Below are positions 57,392 through 64,000 of a stretch of 64,000 nt of DNA, piece after piece. The notes beneath the pieces were generated by a model. The model was not told where the DNA came from, made no database searches, and worked only from the letters and a program-made list of their open reading frames with translations. The translations under genes and the position numbers were made by a program. Within the stretch, counting starts at the first letter, position 1. Every line of letters starts with the position of its first letter. Source of the stretch: Amoebidium appalachense (Eukaryota; Protista; Ichthyosporea); assembly GCA_963693365.1 (NCBI GenBank), contig CAVNZM010000004.1, positions 1,136,448 to 1,200,447 of the forward strand, in the 5' to 3' direction.

Positions 57392-60300
57392 TGTGTGGAG
57401 TGTAGAAATAGGACGGAGAAGCAGAGTGCACAGATGGGTGTTATGATATACACAACACAGAGACACACGGGAGAAACACAACCGGAGAGGTGGAACGATT
57501 TCTGGGGCCATAGGAAATGATTCAACTGCTTTATATTTATTTCAAGATGAAGTTCCTTTTATACTTAGGAATGTGAAATCGATAATAAAAGCTAAGCCAA
57601 TAAAAAGGACGAAAACTACTTTATCCAATCAGAAATACGAAAACTATGAGGGTAAAGTAAATCGATAGAAATGCCTGTCGACACATAGAAGATAAAACGC
57701 AATCCTCTAATGAAAGTAATCTTCTAATAAAAGTACGGAAACATTTAACAAAATGAAACCACTTGTTTCTATTAGATCATATCATATATTTATACATGAT
57801 CTTAACATAACACGTCTAAATATAAGTATTCTTAATAGTTGGGGAACATAGAGCAATTCTACGTCGTGGGAAAAAGAAGTAAAGGAATGAGAAAGGAATG
57901 TAGGTTACTATATTTGGGAATATAGAACGAGATTTGATTGGATGACTTATTTAGATATTGACACAAACGACAATACGTGTGCGCGGGCTAAATATCTCGA
58001 TGGGTATACATATCTAAGATATCACACGGAAACAGAAAGGAAAGAAAGAAAGGAAAAAGGGAAAAGGAAACGAACTACAACAAACTAATAAACATATACA
58101 AAACTCAACTTCTAAGTCTTGCCGTCAATCATGGGAAGATAACATCCCCACTCAAGTGTTGGAAGTTGGGTTCTCGTGAAGTTTGTTGATGTGACTGTTG
58201 ATGTCAATACTCTCACACTTGTAGAAGCAGGTGCACTGACGTCACAGTCAAGTTTCCCCACTCGAGAAGACAAATGGAGAAGACTGGAGGGGCAAGCCGG
58301 GGAAGAAAACCAAAAACGGAAGAAGCACACAACGATGGTTGCTCCGGAAGACTCGGAACATGACGGTAGCCAACGACGATATATATATATAAGAAAACAC
58401 TAGTGTATGTGTGACGTGTTGGTGGCTAATGTTTTATACTGGGGACCACCCAGATAAACACAAGGCATGAACATCTTGTGGACTGATTTATAGACTGGTG
58501 GTCAACCAGTTAGACACGGGGAAGGTACATCCCGAGGACTAAGTTTAGACTGGCAGACAACCAGCTCGCATTGGCTATAGATAATTATTTATACTGGGAC
58601 GCCATCCCAGTTCGACATATACATAAGTCGAATATAGAGGAAAACCAATATATATGGTGGTATATAAATAAACGACGGATGGTGGAGAAAGAATTCCCCA
58701 CTGAAGATGCACACACTGAAGATCGATGAAGACAGCAGTAGACTTTCGTTGGGAGGTGTCTCTACACGGTGATGTGTAGACCACTGGCCAGACTCGGAGC
58801 CCCAACCTACTTGAAGACCACTGTAGATGAACGGGGGGGGGGGGGGGGGGGGGGGGGGGGTGCACACTCAGTCACGAAGACTGAGGGAAGCACGGTGCTG
58901 CTCGAGGGAGGGCCCAGGCAGGGCCTTGGTGAAGATGTCGGCCACGTTGTCCTTGGTGAACACATAGGTGACGACCACATCCCCACTCTTGATGTAGTCC
59001 TTCGTGTTGTGGTACCGGACGGCAATGTGTTTGGTCCGGTGCTTGATGCTGTTGGTGTGCAGAAGGGCAATGGTGGACTGATTGTCACAATAGACGGGGG
59101 TGGGGTCGGTCATCGGGTAGCCGAGTTCACGGAGGAGATCACGGTGCCAGATGACGTTTTGAACAGCAGCATTGATGGCCAGAAGCTCAGCCTCGGTGGT
59201 GGATGTTGCCGTGATGGACTGCAGCTTTGAATACCATGTGATGGGGATGCCTTTGAAGAAGATGACGTAGCCAGTGGTTGAACGACGGGTGGTGGGGCAG
59301 CCAGCAAAGTCGGCATCAGAATAACACTCCAGCAAGGGGGTGTGGTCGTCGGATGCAGACTTGTCGTAGTGGAGGCCGAGGTTGGATGTGCCGATGAGGT
59401 ACCGAACTACACGGAGCAGACATTCCCATGCAAGTTTGGTGGGGTTGGCACTGAATCGGCCGAGGTAGCCGATGGCAAAGGAGATGTCGGGCCGGGAACA
59501 ACGAGCAACCCACAAAAGACGGCCGAGGAGTTCACGGTATGGAACCTTGATGGGTAGTGAGTCGTTCTCGTTGTTGGTGATGACGTTGCCGACGGGAATG
59601 GGAGTGGCCTTGGGGTTGGCATCGTTGAGGTTGAAGTCTCTGACGATGTCGGTGATGTAGGACTGTTGAAGCAGCTTGAGGTGACCGGGGGTGTGGATGA
59701 GCTGGGTGCCGAGGAAGATGTCGGGGAGGTCGACCTTGCAGAGAGCTGACTTCATGATGTGATCTACTAGATCCTTGGTGTGGGAGGAGTTGGCCGTGCA
59801 TATGATGATGACGTCGTCCACATAGTTGCCAGTGAGGATGATGTCACCGTTGGGGAAGGACTTGATGTAGACACATGGATCTGAACGAAGACGTTCGAGA
59901 CCGTGAGCAAGGAGGATCTTGTCGAAGTACTCATACCATGCCAGTGATGCCTGTTTGAGGCCGTAGAGTGCCTTCTTGAGTTTCCAGACCTTGTGCTCGT
60001 TGCCGGGGGTGATGAAGCCAGGTGGTGGCTCAATGTAAATGTCTTCTTGAAGAGGACTGTTGAGGAAGGCTGTGGAGACGTCGAGTTGATGAATCTCATG
60101 GTTGCCGTCCACACCGATGGCAAGGAGGGCACGGACGGAGGAGGACATTACCACGGGGGAAGAGGTGTCACCGTAGTCAACACCGTAGACTTGAGTGAAG
60201 CCCTTTGCAACACCACGAGCCTTGATCTTGGTGTCACCGGCTGAGTTGAGGACTTTCTCAGTCACAATCCACAATCCACTTGAACTTGATGATGTTGGCA

Positions 60301-60433
60301 TCAGGGGGGGGATCAACGACGGTGAAGACATCCTTGGTGATGAAGGCTTGGTACTCGGAGGTGAGGGCAGCTATGACGGCATCACTGTTGGGACCGTTGC
60401 AAAGCTTTTGTATGCCCTTGGGTAGTTGGTCAA
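57392..60433 (-). mobile_element. 5'-truncated second copia copy (sister subfamily): 3' LTR 57392-58144, PPT, 3' UTR, RT-RH
   Basis: LTR homologous to 7841-8547; same PPT; coding region collinear with 9096-10655. Confidence 0.93.
58868..60433 (-). pseudogene. pol: Copia RT-RNase H fragment
   Basis: Protein nearly identical to ORF 9096-11039; a 7-nt duplication (CACAATC, ~60263-60279) shifts the frame; truncated upstream of DQLPKGIQK. Confidence 0.92.
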
Positions 60434-60454
60434 CTGAAACATAACACAAACAGT

Positions 60455-62983
60455 TGTAATACGTAGTATTTACATATGGTAAGATCTTCTCAGTTTGTGT
60501 TATGTTTCAGTTCATATGCTTAGTGTAAATGCCACACTCCTATTATGTAAAGTGTAGCATCGATCTCCGATATGCTTGTATACTTGTAATCGTGTTGTAT
60601 CGGCTCTAATCGTGTATTGTGATATCGATTAGAATACTTATATGTGTGTACACGGATCCACCCACTCTGGGAGAGACGTGTACATGTTTGTGTGTACATA
60701 AATATCTCTGGTTATAGTTATGCTATTACTATCTTCTTTGTTGATCTGTGCTCTCTTTTCCTTCCTCTTTCTCCTTCCTTATTTTCTTTTCTTTCTCTCT
60801 TTGTCTTCATGTGTATAATCGTATTTCTTTTCTACTAATATATGTTAGGTAGATTTGTGTTACTTAATACGTGTTCATTGGACGGTAACACACTTAGGCT
60901 ACACTTAGAATAGCATGTGTGTTTAGACTTCATTAATTCACTTTAGTTTTCATGTGTTGCCGGGCTTTAACCAATCATCAAGGTTAAGTGTGATATGTCT
61001 GAGTCTTTGCAGTATGTCATAGGTTAGAACTTTTGATGATGACACGAGTTGATCTTAACTAGTGTCTGTGTCCTATCGTGTACGTCTCCGCGTACCGGAT
61101 CTCTCTGAAAGCAATTGGTTCTTAGTGATTGGTTTCTATTAGAGATAGATCTGATTTCCGACTGGTCGAAAATCATGTATGGATTGGACTTAGAGGAATT
61201 TCGGGTATTTATTCGAAGATCAGAATAAATTCAGTTCAGTCGTGTCTAAACATTGATGTCTGTTGTGTACACTGCTCCGATCGTTCCGTGTTTTGTTGTT
61301 GTGTGTGTCTGTGGTGTTTTCACACTGCACCACTGTGTCTCTGCTTACATCCCAAATAATATACAATTTAAACAGGTTATGGGCCCAGATGCACGCTCCC
61401 TACACACACCTAGACCTAGCGATCGTTAAATTCCTGGTACACATCATAGCTGTGGTCAGCTCCTCATGCATCTTGGTGCTGAGACTGTGTACATCCATCC
61501 CCGGCGTCCGTCCGCAACCGGTCCCACGTGACTCCCCTTGACAAGATCTGACTCATCTTGACAAGAGCTTTTGTCACGCCTTGACACCCGTGACATCCTC
61601 GCAAGTTCAAATTCCAGCTTGCACTCCTTCCAGCTCCGTCCTGGTTTCTCTCCGTCACGCCAAACCGTCCTCCACCCTTGGTTCTGCAATCGCGCTCCAA
61701 GTTCCTTGACACTTCACCGACGTGGTCTCAACCGCGCCGCCCTGTCTACCCGGCCTGAGGATCCTGCATCGAAATCCCATTCCATCCGATTTCGAACCCC
61801 GTCGACCCGCATTCGAATATAATTTCACACCCCGTCTGCGTTCCAATAGACGATAATTTGACACCCCGTCTCGATCCGACTTGACCATCATCCATCAAGT
61901 CCATCTGAAGTATCCAAATTCGGTACTTCTTTCCAGTCTACCGTGTTCCACCCCGTCCAAGCCCTTTGTGCTTCCCTCCTCCCTAGGAGTCCCGACCCTG
62001 AGTCCCTCCAGAACCGTTTACCGTGTCCAACCCGCTTCATTCCAGGATTTCCAACCCTGTTTTCGGCCCTTACCGTGCCGTCACTGTCAATGGCCCCCTC
62101 ACATTCCATTGATCTGCCCTGCATTCCGGCAGCAGTTTCCATCACGTGGCCAACCTCGTCGAGATCCCAGCTACCACCAGCTCTGCACGGGCAACAGTTA
62201 CCCATGCAGCTGTTTCCCCCCATTACCTCCCGACCCCGGCCAGCAAGACATCATGATGCTGCCAGGTCCAGTCGTTCCCATCCACGTTTCCAGCCAGCTT
62301 GCTGTGCTGCCTTCCCCCGTTTCCAAAGCCCCTGCATCCGACCCAGTTAACCTCCTCCGTCCGGAATTACCTGCACTTGACCCTGCCTCCGTCGTGCCTC
62401 ATCCCAACCCAAATTCCGTGAAGACCTACCCCCCTCCCTGTTCGGGCTTTCCCAGTCACCCCGAGCAGCAAGCACCCTCGACGCCCCCTCCAGCGAATTC
62501 CAAACTACGACAAGTCTACCCCTCCTTGGTCATCAATCCCTCCACCGGTCGCCCCACCACGTGTGGCTACCCTCGACACACCGCATCCAAATGCCGTGAC
62601 CCCCGTTGTCCTGTCTACCGTTTGCGTCCTCGATACCCCCCATCCCCTATCCTCCCCCCCCCCAGCCTGAGTGGGGATGTTGTCGTCAACTACGTCGAGT
62701 CTGCCAACAACTTGGCTGACATCCTTACCAAGTCACTGCCGAGTCCCAGCCATGTCACTCACCGTGATCGACTCTGTGTGCCCGACCTTGTGCAGTGATC
62801 ATCGTGTGGTCTTCTACTACACCTGGGGCCCTGGACAGCAGCTTCCTCTACACTGCTTCCCAGTTGGAACGTCTACTACTACGATTCTGTATATGTATTT
62901 TTTTTTGCCTTAAGTGGGGTTTGCCCACTTTAAGGGTTCCTCGATTAGCACAACACATATACACCTGAGGCTAGCCACCTTTG
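60455..62983 (+). mobile_element. Internally deleted (non-autonomous) copia-family element: 5' LTR ~60455-61374, PBS, pol remnants
   Basis: ...AAACA|GGTTATGGGCCCAG (tRNAi-half PBS, 61375-61388); U5 resembles the copia LTR U5; RNase H C-terminus SGDVVVNYVESANNLADILTKSLP at ~62670-62790; 3' UTR similar to the copia 3' UTR. LTR start is approximate. Confidence 0.8.
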
Positions 62984-63463
62984 TGTAAACAGTTGGACTA
63001 GTTAGGATAAGGCAGAGTACAACTGAATCAAAATAAAGACAGAGAACGGGTAGAAAGGCACACGCGGCCAGGTTGCTTTTACTATGGGCCGACTCAGTCT
63101 GTCTCAGACTTCACTGATGTGATCCCCGTACTGGGACGGCTTTCTTATATAGCCCCCAGGTTTCGGATCAAGGCCCAGGATTGGTTCATCCGCGGCCAGC
63201 GCGGGTGGCAACATGCCATTCGTGATTCTGGTGCGGTCCGAGCCAGTCAGACCTTTGTTCTATTTATGCAAACCTCTTATTGGTTCAAATCGTTTATGTG
63301 GTATGCAGCGGAAGAACCATATATGGTTCAATTCTTAGGTCAGAGTGAGTCCTATTGGTGCGGACATAATATTTATGTGATATTCATGACAAAGCACGAA
63401 TCGTGTGCTAGTAGATCACATTCTTTAGTAAACATGTACAGTTCATGTGTACAGTTGTTTACA
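62984..63463 (-). repeat. 3' LTR of a further LTR element that extends beyond the window
   Basis: 8-bp terminal IR TGTAAACA...TGTTTACA; adjacent [15 protein letters not shown] on the minus strand; minus-strand TATATAA at ~63145-63151. The partner LTR is not in the window. Confidence 0.72.
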
Positions 63464-64000
63464 CTCCCCCCCCTTGTCGGGAGCCTGGTGGTGTCGTTAG
63501 ACAAGCAAACCACCAGGCTGAGAGGCGATAAACAACCTTCAGCGAGAATTCTTGTGTGTGCCGAGCTGCTGGACAGAACAGAGCAAGGACGGTGGAATAG
63601 AGTTGTGCACGTCTATGAGCACTTCTTCATTTGCCAAAACGTAAATTCATGCAGCATTCTTCTGTGATTTCATTTTCGTGGCGAAGATTGTTGCAGAGTG
63701 TGCGTGCGAATAATTCGCTAAGCCTTCGTCTCTGTGCTTGGCTTTTCTGTAGAAGTAGTATTTTCCTTTTTGGGAATTTTTCCTTTTTAGGATACTCCCG
63801 CAGATTCGTTTTCAATTGCGAGTAATTTGGTTGTGTGGATGAATGATCATACCAAACATTCGATAATGAATATAACTCGAGCCTTAGGTCACTTCGTAGC
63901 TCAGGTAGTGGTGGATAGCTTCAAGGCTTAGCCGCTGCTCCTTATCCCGGTTCTACCTTAAGACTGTAAGGCGAGTCACCATGGCCGGAAAAGCCACTTC

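Noticed and set aside
58432-58631. CRISPR-like repeat/spacer array
   Set aside because: Eukaryotic retrotransposon UTR, degenerate repeats, spacers homologous to each other, no cas genes; kept as a structured RNA repeat.
61881-62798. 305-aa Pro-rich host gene
   Set aside because: Lies inside a deleted copia element; only the C-terminal ~40 aa are recognisable, as RNase H.
62908-62936. PPT plus 3' LTR start of the plus-strand copia derivative
   Set aside because: The following sequence does not match the 60455 LTR; it forms a small hairpin and the element is interrupted at 62984.

Overview
Eukaryotic genomic DNA with spliceosomal introns, CTAAC-type branch points and very abundant poly-C/G, (CT)n and (CA)n tracts; the taxon cannot be fixed from sequence alone. 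One apparently intact host gene is present (39655-47666, +, 11 predicted exons, ~936 aa). It encodes a secreted modular adhesin-like protein: signal peptide, Cys-rich segment, two copies of an unrecognised 4-Cys repeat, F-type lectin, 2x PAN/Apple, 2x carboxypeptidase-regulatory/CnaB-like, 2x SdrD B-like, Gly/Asn/Tyr tail. A pseudogenised paralogue lies at 2.7-7.3 kb as part of a larger segmental duplication. The rest is a dense transposon landscape: a young full-length Ty1/copia element carrying a captured 30-nt copy of its initiator-tRNA half primer; a chromodomain Ty3/gypsy element with a deleted 5' LTR; a three-layer nest (PIF/Harbinger MITE > split-direct-repeat tyrosine-recombinase-type retroelement encoding only RT-RH-MT > gag-less chromodomain gypsy); an intact two-ORF LINE plus fragments; a Tc1/mariner-like MITE; a solo LTR; and further copia/LTR fragments. 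The best novelty candidates are the two 'Pol-only' retroelements (possible bipartite, trans-complemented systems), the tRNA-half reverse-transcription fossil, the adhesin architecture, and a covarying hairpin array in a copia 3' UTR. All assignments come from reading motifs by eye; no database search was run.
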